From Actinomycetota bacterium (GTDB lineage: Bacteria; Actinomycetota; Acidimicrobiia; IMCC26256; DASPTH01), in the NCBI GenBank assembly GCA_046727575.1, contig JBKPCV010000054.1, forward strand, positions 21 to 64,020: a stretch of DNA of 64,000 nucleotides. Direction: 5' to 3'. The notes beneath the pieces were generated by a model. The model did not search any database. It was given only the letters and a program-made list of their open reading frames with translations, and was not told the origin of the DNA. Both the position numbers and the translations under genes were made by a program. Shown here one piece after another: positions 36,558 through 50,011 of this stretch; position 1 is the first letter of the stretch, and each line of letters opens with the position of its first letter.

Positions 36558-37674
36558 AGTGCCCGTACGCGGCGGTGCCGCGAAAGATGGGCCGTCGCAG
36601 GTCGAAGCGTTCGATGATGGCGGCAGGCCGGAGGTCGAAGTGCTCCTGGAGCAGCGCCGGCAACTTCAGCGGGTCGATTTCGGACGTGCCGAAGGTCTCC
36701 ACCATCATCGACACCGGGCGCGCGACCCCGATCGCGTACGCCACTTGGACTTCGCACCGCCCGGCGATCCCGGCCGCGACGACGTTCTTCGCCACGTTGC
36801 GCGCCGCGTATGCGGCGGAGCGGTCGACCTTGGTGGGATCCTTCCCGCTGAACGCGCCACCGCCGTGGCGCGCCATGCCGCCGTAGGTGTCGACGATGAT
36901 CTTGCGGCCCGTGAGCCCGCAGTCGGCGTGCGGTCCGCCGAGCTCGAACGCGCCCGTCGGGTTCACGAGCACCTCGAAGTCGTCGTCGAGAAACTGCTCG
37001 GGCAACGTCGGTCGGATCACGTACTCGATCAGGTCTGCCTTCATCACGCCGTTGATGTCGACGCCGGGGGCGTGCTGGCTCGAGATCAACACCGTCGACA
37101 GCGCCTTTGGGTCGCCGTCTTCGTAGAGGATGCTCACCTGCGTCTTGCCGTCGGGCCGCAGGTAGTCGAGCGCGCCGTCCTTGCGCACCGCCGCCAGGCG
37201 AGCTGCCATCCGGTGCGCGAGCCAGATCGGCATCGGCATGAGGTCGGGCGTGTCCCCGCAGGCGTACCCGAACATCATGCCCTGGTCGCCGGCACCGACC
37301 TCGTCGAACCGGTCGCCGACTCCGTCGCGAACCTCTCTGGCCTTGTCGACGCCTTGCGCGATGTCGGACGACTGCTCGTCGATCGAAGTGATGACCGCGC
37401 ACGTCTTTGCATCGAACCCGTACGACGCGTCCGTGTAACCGATGCTCTGCACGGTGTCGCGCACCACGCGCTGGAAGTCGACGTACGCGTGCGTCGAGAT
37501 CTCGCCCGCGACCACGACCAGGCCGGTGGTGCACAGCGACTCGCACGCGACGCGACTCTGCGGATCCTGCTCGATGATGGCGTCGAGGATCGCGTCGCTG
37601 ATCTGATCGCACATCTTGTCGGGATGGCCCTCGGTGACCGACTCGGATGTGAAGGTGTAGTGCTCAGCGCCCAA
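36475..37674 (-). CDS. metK: S-adenosylmethionine synthase
   Basis: [56 protein letters not shown]; TTG start. Confidence 0.96.
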   Translation of the reverse strand: MGAEHYTFTSESVTEGHPDKMCDQISDAILDAIIEQDPQSRVACESLCTTGLVVVAGEISTHAYVDFQRVVRDTVQSIGYTDASYGFDAKTCAVITSIDEQSSDIAQGVDKAREVRDGVGDRFDEVGAGDQGMMFGYACGDTPDLMPMPIWLAHRMAARLAAVRKDGALDYLRPDGKTQVSILYEDGDPKALSTVLISSQHAPGVDINGVMKADLIEYVIRPTLPEQFLDDDFEVLVNPTGAFELGGPHADCGLTGRKIIVDTYGGMARHGGGAFSGKDPTKVDRSAAYAARNVAKNVVAAGIAGRCEVQVAYAIGVARPVSMMVETFGTSEIDPLKLPALLQEHFDLRPAAIIERFDLRRPIFRGTAAYGHFGRSERDFTWERTDAADELASAAKALA

Positions 37675-38914
37675 CCGCCCGCCTCTCCTCCAGGAGCGCC
37701 CGCACCCTATCGAGGATCACTCCCGCAAGTTCGATCTTGGACTGCAAGGGCAGCGGCGCGACGCCGCCCTCGGCGTCGAGGATGACGGCGCGGTTGGTGT
37801 CAACCTCGAAGCCGGCGTCGGGCTCGGCGACGTTGTTCGCGACCATGAGATCGAGGTGCTTCGCAGCGAGCTTCCGCGCGGCGTTCGCGAGCACGTCGTC
37901 CGTCTCGGCGGCGAACCCCACGAGCACCTGACCGGGCCGCTTGTCGCGGCCGAGGTCGACGGAGAAGTCGTAGGTGGGCTCGAGCACGATCTCGGGAATG
38001 CCTTCGTCCTTCTTCAGCTTGCGAGCGGGTGGCTCCTTGGGCCGGAAGTCGGCCACCGCGGCTGCTTGGACGATGACATCCACGTCATCGGCACGCGCGA
38101 GCACCGCGTCCTGCATCTCGGCGGCCGTCTGCACGCTGACGATCTCGACGGCTGCGGGCGCGGGCCGGCCGATGGTGGTCACGAGGGTGACCGCCGCGCC
38201 CCGGCGCGCCGCGACCTCCGCCACTGCGTAGCCCTGCTTCCCCGACGAGCGGTTCGTGATGACGCGTACGGCATCGATCGGTTCGCGGGTCCCACCCGCG
38301 GTGACGAGCACCCGGTAGCCGCCGAGGTCGCCGGCCCGGGCGAGAACGTCGGCCGCGGCGGCGACGATCGCTCCGGGCTCGGCCAGGCGACCCGCACCCG
38401 AGTCACCGCCGGCGAGTCGACCGGTCTCCGGCCCGACGACGTATACCCCGCGGCGTCGCAGCGTCGTGATGTTGTCCTGCACCGCGGCGTGCTCCCACAT
38501 CTCGGTGTGCATTGCCGGTGCCACGATTACCGGCGCGCGGGTGGCGAGCAGCGTCGCGGTCAGGAGGTCGTCGGAGATACCCGCTGCGTACTTACCGAGC
38601 ACCTTGGCGGTGGCGGGCGCCACGATCACCAGGTCGGCCGTCTGGCCGAGGCGCGTGTGCGGGATCGGCTCGGGCGCGTCGAAGAGCGACGTGCGCGCCG
38701 GCTCCGACGCGAGCGCCGAGAACGTGAGCGCGCCGACGAAGCGCTGCGCGTCGTCGGTGAGCACCGGCGACACGTACGCGCCCGCGTCGACGAGCTGGCG
38801 GCAGACCTCGACCGCCTTGTACGCGGCGATGCCGCCGCTCACACCGAGTACGACGCGTCGGCCGCGGAGCGCCGGCACGGTGCCCGAAACGGTTGACAGA
38901 TCGTCGGAGGCCAT
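37664..38914 (-). CDS. coaBC: bifunctional phosphopantothenoylcysteine decarboxylase / phosphopantothenate--cysteine ligase
   Basis: [41 protein letters not shown]. Confidence 0.95.
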   Translation of the reverse strand: MASDDLSTVSGTVPALRGRRVVLGVSGGIAAYKAVEVCRQLVDAGAYVSPVLTDDAQRFVGALTFSALASEPARTSLFDAPEPIPHTRLGQTADLVIVAPATAKVLGKYAAGISDDLLTATLLATRAPVIVAPAMHTEMWEHAAVQDNITTLRRRGVYVVGPETGRLAGGDSGAGRLAEPGAIVAAAADVLARAGDLGGYRVLVTAGGTREPIDAVRVITNRSSGKQGYAVAEVAARRGAAVTLVTTIGRPAPAAVEIVSVQTAAEMQDAVLARADDVDVIVQAAAVADFRPKEPPARKLKKDEGIPEIVLEPTYDFSVDLGRDKRPGQVLVGFAAETDDVLANAARKLAAKHLDLMVANNVAEPDAGFEVDTNRAVILDAEGGVAPLPLQSKIELAGVILDRVRALLEERRAVGR

Positions 38915-38935
38915 CGGCTCGTTCCGCCGGTCGGC

Positions 38936-39265
38936 TCAGGCCTCGATCGGCTCGTCTGACTCGTCAGCGTCGGCTTCGGCTTCGGGTCGCGCTTCGGCGT
39001 CGGGCTCCTCCGACTCGTCGGGGAGCGGTACCGCCTCGATCTTCCCGACCTCGATCTCCTCGAGCGAGATCGACAGCGGCTTGCGCGACACGGAGTTGAC
39101 CTGTGGGGGGACGATCTTGCCGAGGCCCTCGCCGAGCTGGTTGTAGTAGTCATTGATCTCACGAGCACGCATCGCCGAGAGCGTGACGAGGGTGAACTTC
39201 GAGTCGACGCGCTCGAGCAGGCTCTCCATGCGCGGCGTCATGAGCGACGTGCGGCGCTCGGCCAT
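38936..39265 (-). CDS. rpoZ: DNA-directed RNA polymerase subunit omega
   Basis: LLERVDSKFTLVTLSAMRAREINDYYNQLGEG. ATG 39265 has GGAG upstream; a GTG at 39301 is also in frame. Confidence 0.9.
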   Translation of the reverse strand: MAERRTSLMTPRMESLLERVDSKFTLVTLSAMRAREINDYYNQLGEGLGKIVPPQVNSVSRKPLSISLEEIEVGKIEAVPLPDESEEPDAEARPEAEADADESDEPIEA

Positions 39266-39316
39266 GTAGCGGCTCCGGACTTCGGGGACGGGTGACGACA
39301 CGGGTCGGGAGCGTGC

Positions 39317-39877
39317 TCAGCCCCGAGCCCGGCAGGCAACCAGGATATCAGCCACCCTTGCCACCGTTGCATCCACGTCGTCGTTGACGACGACGTGGTC
39401 GAACTCCTGCGCGTGCGCCTCTTCGTCGACGGCGGCCGCGAGCCGCCGCGTGATCTCGGACGGATCGTCGAGGCCGCGATCCACGAGGCGGCGGCGCTGT
39501 TCCTCACGAGACGGCGGCCGGACGAACACGAGCACGGCCTCGGGGAATGCCCGCTTCACCGCGAGGGCTCCCTGGACGTCGATCTCGAGCACGACGTCCT
39601 GTCCGGCGCGCAGGTGCTCGACGACGGGCCCCCGCGGCGTGCCCTTGAACTCGCCATAGACGTCGAACCACTCGAGGAACCCGTCGGCGTCACGCGTCGC
39701 AACGAAGCCGTCCCGGTCGACGAAGTGGTAGTCGACACCGTCGCGCTCCCCCGGTCGCGGTGAGCGCGTCGTGGTCGACACCGAGAGCCACAGCGACGGT
39801 TCTCGCTCGAGCAACTTCCGGACGATGGTCCCCTTGCCGACCCCTGACGGACCGGCGATGACGAGCAGGACGCCCAG
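39317..39877 (-). CDS. gmk: guanylate kinase (apparent CTG start or upstream frameshift)
   Basis: The P-loop GPSGVGKG lies upstream of the ORF-track start. An in-frame TGA at ~39896-39898 leaves only CTG 39877 as an initiator. TTTRSPRPGERDGVDYHF. Confidence 0.85.
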   Translation of the reverse strand: MGVLLVIAGPSGVGKGTIVRKLLEREPSLWLSVSTTTRSPRPGERDGVDYHFVDRDGFVATRDADGFLEWFDVYGEFKGTPRGPVVEHLRAGQDVVLEIDVQGALAVKRAFPEAVLVFVRPPSREEQRRRLVDRGLDDPSEITRRLAAAVDEEAHAQEFDHVVVNDDVDATVARVADILVACRARG

Positions 39878-39944
39878 GTCAGGCCCCCACCCCGGTCACT
39901 CCGCTCTCGGTTCTGCGGCCTCCGGCAAGCGAACCTCCGCTCCG

Positions 39945-40274
39945 TCAGCTACCGCGCACGATCTTCGGATGGCAGAGCAGACCGTCGCGCTGGTTGCGCC
40001 CCAGACCGCGCAGTCGACGGCTCTCGCTGATGTCGAGCTCTTCCATGATCCGGCGCGCTTGCACCTTACCCACACCCGGGAGCGACTCGAGCACGCTGAC
40101 GACCTTCAACTTCGCGAGCGCGTCGTCACGCGTGCCCTGGTCGAACAGGTCCTCGAGCCCCATGGATCCCTGCTTCAACTTTGCCTTCACCTCTGCACGC
40201 TGACGACGGGCCTCCGCCGCCTTTTCGAGCGCAGCTTGACGCTGCTCGGGGGTGAGCGCAGGGGGCAAGGGCAT
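39945..40274 (-). CDS. mihF: integration host factor, actinobacterial type (mIHF)
   Basis: LTPEQRQAALEKAAEARRQRAEVKAKLK..ESLPGVGKVQARRIMEEL. Confidence 0.9.
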   Translation of the reverse strand: MPLPPALTPEQRQAALEKAAEARRQRAEVKAKLKQGSMGLEDLFDQGTRDDALAKLKVVSVLESLPGVGKVQARRIMEELDISESRRLRGLGRNQRDGLLCHPKIVRGS

Positions 40275-40305
40275 GCGACGACCTCCGGGACAGACAGCGG
40301 CGCTC

Positions 40306-40333
40306 AGTATACGCAGGTGCCTTGTTCGTGCAA
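40306..40333 (-). promoter_or_regulatory. candidate mIHF promoter TTGCAC-N16-TATACT
   Basis: Near-consensus hexamers on the minus strand, ~30 nt upstream of the GGAGG SD and ATG of mIHF. Confidence 0.4.
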
Positions 40334-40337
40334 CTGG

Positions 40338-41033
40338 TCAGGCCGAGTCGCGGGCGAGCGCGGCCGCAACGTCGCGCGTAATCTTGTCGGCCGCTCTTTC
40401 CGGCTCGTCCGACGCGGCGACTGCACGACCGATCACGAGCCAGTCAGCGCCGCTCGTGATCGCGCCGCCCGGCGTGTCGACCCGAGCCTGGTCGTGGGCG
40501 TCGTCTCCGGGCAGGCGAATGCCGGGCACCATCGTTCGCAAGTCGCGTCGACGCGCGAGTACCACGTCGCGCGCCGCGCACACCACGCCGTCACAGCCTG
40601 CTCCTGCCGCGACATCCATCCGCGACTCGAGCGCATGCACGTCGGGGTCACTCGTGAGCACGGTGACCGCGAGCGCGACTGGCCGCGCGTGCCCGACATC
40701 GCGCGCGCCGTCGCGTAAACCGTGGACTCCCGCGCGCAACATCGCGTCACCACCCGCCGCATGGAAGTTCAGGAAGTCGACGCCGCGCCGCCCGATCGAC
40801 CGCGCGCCGCGTTCGACCGTCGTCGGGATGTCGTAGAGCTTGAGGTCGGCGAAAACCCGGAAACCCTTGTGCCGCAAGGCCTCAAAGGCATCGGGGCCAG
40901 CCGCCGCGTACAGCTCGTAGCCCACCTTCACGGTGCCGAACCACGGGGCCAGGCGCTCCGCGAACGCAACCGCGTCGTCGAGATTGTCGACGTCGAGTGC
41001 GAGCACGAGCCGGTCGCGCGCTGACGTCGTCAT
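40338..41033 (-). CDS. pyrF: orotidine 5'-phosphate decarboxylase
   Basis: LVLALDVDNLDDAVAFAERL..VKVGYELY..FADLKLYDIPTTV. The ATG shares one nt with the pyrD stop. Confidence 0.93.
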   Translation of the reverse strand: MTTSARDRLVLALDVDNLDDAVAFAERLAPWFGTVKVGYELYAAAGPDAFEALRHKGFRVFADLKLYDIPTTVERGARSIGRRGVDFLNFHAAGGDAMLRAGVHGLRDGARDVGHARPVALAVTVLTSDPDVHALESRMDVAAGAGCDGVVCAARDVVLARRRDLRTMVPGIRLPGDDAHDQARVDTPGGAITSGADWLVIGRAVAASDEPERAADKITRDVAAALARDSA

Positions 41034-41947
41034 CACGCGTCTCTCATCGCACCGACGAGCTCGGTCACGTGCGCGACCTCGTGACGCGCGCACCACTCCA
41101 CGAGCTCCTCGAGTACGCGGTGTGGCGCGCGCGGATCGAGGAAGCTCGCGGTGCCAACCGACACCGCGCTCGCGCCGGCCAGCAGCATTTCGACCGCGTC
41201 CTCGCCCGACTGCACACCGCCCGTACCGATCACTGGTATTCCAGGAAGCGCGCGCGTGACGTCGTACACGGCGCGCAGCGCGACGGGTTTGATGGCGGGG
41301 CCGGAGAGACCGCCCCCTCCACCACCTAATGCGGGTCTTCGCGTCTCGGCATTCACGAGCAGGCCCATCAGCGTGTTGACGAGCGTGAGCCCGTCCGCGC
41401 CGGCGTCGACCGCGGCACGCGCGATGACCACGAGGTCGGTCACATTCGGTGACAACTTTACGAACACCGGCAACCCGAGTCGTGTATCGACGACGGCGCG
41501 AACCGCGTCCGCCGTCGCGCGCGAGTCGTGCGCGAACATCTCGGAGCGCTGGTGCAAGTTCGGGCAACTCACGTTGACTTCGACGGCGACAAGGTCTTCG
41601 CGCGCGGTGCGGAGTTGGTCGGCCACGCATCCGAACTCTTCGGTCGTGCGGCCCCAGATCGACGCGATGACACGCGCGCCCTGTGCACGTAGCGCGCACA
41701 GATCGTGCTCGATCCACGATGTCACGCCCGGACCCTCGAGCCCGACCGCGTTGAGCATGCCGGCCGCGGTCGTGTGCAGGCGGGGCGCCGGCTTGCCCGG
41801 CCAGGGGTCCGCGCAGACCGATTTCGCGGTGACGGCGCCCAAGCGGCTCGCGTCGCTGTGGCGTGCCACCTCGGCGCCGTGCCCGTACGTGCCTGACGCG
41901 GTCACGATCGGGTTCGGCAGCCTCAGTGGGCCGAGTTGCACCTCCAT
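41033..41947 (-). CDS. pyrD: dihydroorotate dehydrogenase, class 1
   Basis: LRLPNPIVTASGTYG..NAVGLEGPG..EVNVSCPN..GTGGV. No pyrK-like gene is adjacent. Confidence 0.9.
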   Translation of the reverse strand: MEVQLGPLRLPNPIVTASGTYGHGAEVARHSDASRLGAVTAKSVCADPWPGKPAPRLHTTAAGMLNAVGLEGPGVTSWIEHDLCALRAQGARVIASIWGRTTEEFGCVADQLRTAREDLVAVEVNVSCPNLHQRSEMFAHDSRATADAVRAVVDTRLGLPVFVKLSPNVTDLVVIARAAVDAGADGLTLVNTLMGLLVNAETRRPALGGGGGGLSGPAIKPVALRAVYDVTRALPGIPVIGTGGVQSGEDAVEMLLAGASAVSVGTASFLDPRAPHRVLEELVEWCARHEVAHVTELVGAMRDA

Positions 41948-42018
41948 CCCTCTCGAACCGGCGTCGACGGTTGGGGTAGAACCCTGCTGCCTGACGCCGG
42001 ATCGCTCGGGGCGGCGCA

Positions 42019-45327
<3,309 letters not shown>

Positions 45328-45336
45328 CGCTCGGCG

Positions 45337-46416
45337 TTACCCGTTGTGTTCCGTCATGAGCGCCACGAAGTCGTCGAAGAGGTAGCGCGCGTCGTGCGGA
45401 CCGGGTCCGGCTTCGGGGTGGTACTGCACGGAATACGCGGACGCGCCTAGCACGCGCAAGCCTTCCAGCACGCCGTCGTTGAGGTTCACGTGCGTGCGCT
45501 CGACGCGGCCGGCCAGCGAGTCGGCGTCGACCGCGTAGTTGTGGTTCTGGCTCGTGATCTCAACCCTGCCGGTCGCCTCGTGCCGGACCGGATGATTGGC
45601 GCCGTGGTGCCCGAAGCGCAGCTTGTAGGTGCGGCCGCCGAGCGCGAGACCGAGGACGTGGTGGCCCATGCAGATGCCGAAAACCGGCACTTCGCCGACG
45701 AGCTGCGCGACCGCCTCGGCCGCGCCGGTGAGCGGCGCGGGGTCGCCCGGCCCGTTGGACAGGAAGACTCCATCGGGCTCGCGGGCCAGCACGTCGGCCG
45801 CGCCCGTCGACGCCGGGACCACTTCCACCCGGCAGCCTGCGCCCACCAGGTGCCGCAGGATCGTGCGCTTCACGCCGAAGTCGTACGCGACGACAAGGAA
45901 CGGCGCGTCGGCGTCACCGATGCCGTACGGCTCCGGCGTGGTGACGGTCGCCACGAGGTCGACCCCGTCGGTGGAGCGCGCAGTGGCAGCAGCGGCTCGC
46001 ACCGCGGCTTCGTCGGTGCCGAATGCGCCGGGTAGCGCGCCTTCGTCGCGCAGGTGACGTGTGAGACGTCGGGTGTCGATGCCGGCGATGCCCGCGACGT
46101 TGTGCGCACGGAGCAGGCCATCGAGGGTGCGTTCGGCGCGCCAGTTGCTCGCGCGACGCGCGAGGTCACGGACGATCACGCCCGAGCAGAACGGGCGGCG
46201 GCTCTCGTCGTCGGCTTCGTTCACGCCGTAGTTGCCGATGTGCGGGTAGGTGAACGTGATGACCTGCCCCGCGTACGACGGATCGGTGATGATCTCCTGG
46301 TAGCCCGCGAGTGCGGTGTTGAACACGATCTCGCCGGTGGTGACCGGGGCGTCCGCACCGATCGCCTCGCCCTCGAAGGTGGCGCCGTCACTGAGGACGA
46401 GCAATGCGTCGGTCAT
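45337..46416 (-). CDS. carA: carbamoyl-phosphate synthase small (glutaminase) subunit
   Basis: MTDALLVLSDGATFEGEAIG..FGICMGHHVL..HHGANHPV. Confidence 0.96.
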   Translation of the reverse strand: MTDALLVLSDGATFEGEAIGADAPVTTGEIVFNTALAGYQEIITDPSYAGQVITFTYPHIGNYGVNEADDESRRPFCSGVIVRDLARRASNWRAERTLDGLLRAHNVAGIAGIDTRRLTRHLRDEGALPGAFGTDEAAVRAAAATARSTDGVDLVATVTTPEPYGIGDADAPFLVVAYDFGVKRTILRHLVGAGCRVEVVPASTGAADVLAREPDGVFLSNGPGDPAPLTGAAEAVAQLVGEVPVFGICMGHHVLGLALGGRTYKLRFGHHGANHPVRHEATGRVEITSQNHNYAVDADSLAGRVERTHVNLNDGVLEGLRVLGASAYSVQYHPEAGPGPHDARYLFDDFVALMTEHNG

Positions 46417-46430
46417 GAGCGACTCCCCGG

Positions 46431-46479
46431 ATTCATGGGCGCGTGAGGTCCGCTGAGCGAGAAAATCGCGCCCATGAAT
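46431..46479. other. perfect 13-bp inverted repeat (hairpin) between pyrC and carA
   Basis: ATTCATGGGCGCG-N23-CGCGCCCATGAAT. Confidence 0.85.
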
Positions 46480-46492
46480 GCGCGCAGCCGGA

Positions 46493-47806
46493 TCATCGCT
46501 GCGCCTCGCCGTCGACGACGACGGGCTGGCCGCGCAGGATGGTGTGACGCACACGGCCGGTCAGCTTGCGGCCGGCGTACGGCGTGTTGCGGGCCTTGCT
46601 GGCGAGACGTGACGGGTCGACCTCCCAGGTGGCGCCGCGATCGATGACGCACAGGTTGGCGACTTGGCCGGGCGCGATCGGCCGACCGTGGTGGCTGAGC
46701 CCGGCGATGGCGGCGGGGCGCCACGAGAGGAGTGCGAGCGCGTCCGCGAGCGCGAGCACGCCCGACTCGACGAGCTCGGTCAGCGTGAGCGCGAGCGCGG
46801 TCTCGAGCCCGAGCATCCCCGGCGGCGCCTCCTCGAACGGTCGCTCCTTCTGTTCCACGGGATGCGGTGCGTGGTCGGTGGCGATGGCGTCGATCGTGCC
46901 GTCGGCGAGGCCGCGTCTGATCGCGTCGACGTCCGCGGCCGTGCGCAGGGGTGGATGCACCTTGAACACGGGGTCGAAGGTCGCGCAGCACTCGTCGGTG
47001 AGCGTGAAGTGGTGAGGCGCGGCCTCGGCCGTCACCGCGACGCCGCGTGCCTTGGCGGCGCGCACCTGCTCGACCGCGCCCGCGGTCGACACGTGCAGGA
47101 AGTGCACACGCGCGCCGGTCAGCTCGGCGAGGATCAGGTCGCGTGCGACGATCACCTCCTCGGCGGCGGCGGGGCGACCCGGGATACCGAGCCGGCTCGA
47201 CCACGCGCCTTCGTGCATGGCACCGCGGCCCGCGAGCTGCGCGTCTTCTGCGTGCTGGGCGACGACTGCGCCGGGCAGGGCGCGCGAGTATTCGAGCGCA
47301 CGCCGCATGACGTCGGCGTTGGCAACACACGATCCGTCGTCGGTGAACACCCGGACGCCGAGGTCGTGCAACTCGCCCATCGGCGCGAGGGCCTCCCCGG
47401 CACGCCCTTTCGTGATGCACCCGGACGACACGACGTTGCAGCACGCACGCTCCCCCGCCGCGAGCACCGACGCCACTACTGCGGGGTCGTCGAGCGGCGG
47501 TTCGGTGTTGGGCATCGCGACGACCGCGGTGAACCCTCCGAGCGCGGCGGCGCGGCTGCCGGTCGCGATGGTCTCAGCGTCCTCCATGCCCGGTTCGCGC
47601 AGGTGCACGTGCAGGTCGACGAGGCCCGGGGCGACGACGCAGCCCGCCGCGTCGAGCGTCTCGTCGCCCGAGAGCCGATGGCCGACCTCGACGACCCGGC
47701 CGCCGCGAACGAGCACGTCGGCGGTGCGCTCCCCGGCCGGATCGACGACCCGGCCGCCGCGGATCACGAGTTCCACCACCGTTGTTCCGCTCCCAGCTCG
47801 CTCCAT
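46493..47806 (-). CDS. pyrC: dihydroorotase
   Basis: APGLVDLHVHLREPG..; ATG at residue 27 of the ORF, 13 nt after the pyrB stop. Confidence 0.93.
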   Translation of the reverse strand: MERAGSGTTVVELVIRGGRVVDPAGERTADVLVRGGRVVEVGHRLSGDETLDAAGCVVAPGLVDLHVHLREPGMEDAETIATGSRAAALGGFTAVVAMPNTEPPLDDPAVVASVLAAGERACCNVVSSGCITKGRAGEALAPMGELHDLGVRVFTDDGSCVANADVMRRALEYSRALPGAVVAQHAEDAQLAGRGAMHEGAWSSRLGIPGRPAAAEEVIVARDLILAELTGARVHFLHVSTAGAVEQVRAAKARGVAVTAEAAPHHFTLTDECCATFDPVFKVHPPLRTAADVDAIRRGLADGTIDAIATDHAPHPVEQKERPFEEAPPGMLGLETALALTLTELVESGVLALADALALLSWRPAAIAGLSHHGRPIAPGQVANLCVIDRGATWEVDPSRLASKARNTPYAGRKLTGRVRHTILRGQPVVVDGEAQR

Positions 47807-47819
47807 CCGCTCCGTTCGC

Positions 47820-49432
<1,613 letters not shown>

Positions 49433-49523
49433 TCACGGTCGCGGCCCAGGCTACCCGCGACGGCGGGCGTATGGGAGCATCAACGGCACGATCGGAGCGA
49501 ACACGGCAGAAAAGAGGACGCCC

Positions 49524-50007
49524 ATGGCCCTCGCAGATGCGCTCGACCACTACTTCGACGCGTGGAATGCGCGCGACGGCGATGCCGTGGTGGCGGCGTT
49601 GACCGTCGACGGCACCTATGAAGACCCCACGACCGGCGGACCGCTCAATGGTGACGCGCTCGCTGCCAACGTTGCCGGCCTCGTCGCGGGTTTCCCGGAC
49701 TTGCGCGGAGGCGACGGAGAAGATCGTCGTCGAGCAGCTCGAGAACGCGGCGTACTTGGGCTCCTGCTTCGCAACGGTGGGGAAACGCAACTGGACCTTC
49801 TCGGCATGGGAGAGCGTGGAGGCGCTCGAGACGGCGCTCGGCGGCGGCGCACACGCGCAGGCGCAGCGGCGGATCCGCGAGGGTGGCCTGGGCGAGGACG
49901 CGCACGGCCTCACGAGCATCTGGCAGCCGGTGCGGCTCAACAACTTCGTGTGCCCCGCCGAAGGCGGCTCGGTCGACCTGTCCGAGCTCGACGGCCAGTG
50001 GCTCTGA
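49524..50007 (+). pseudogene. frameshifted gene: NTF2/SnoaL-like N-terminus joined to an ABM-like C-terminus
   Basis: Frame 0 reads MALADALDHYFDAWNARDGDAVVAALTVDGTYEDP..AGFPDL. It then becomes Arg-rich junk, while the +1 frame continues EKIVVEQLENAAYLGSCFATVGKRNWTFSAWESVEALETAL to the stop at 50007. Both parts show a G/C third-position bias. Confidence 0.4.
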
Positions 50008-50011
50008 GCCG

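Noticed and set aside
49437-49460. Hairpin GTCGCGG-cccaggctac-CCGCGAC upstream of the PyrR box, with a GGCTACC centre reminiscent of the repeat family
   Set aside because: No flank similarity to the family. It may simply be part of the pyrR leader or divergent promoter region. Left unassigned.
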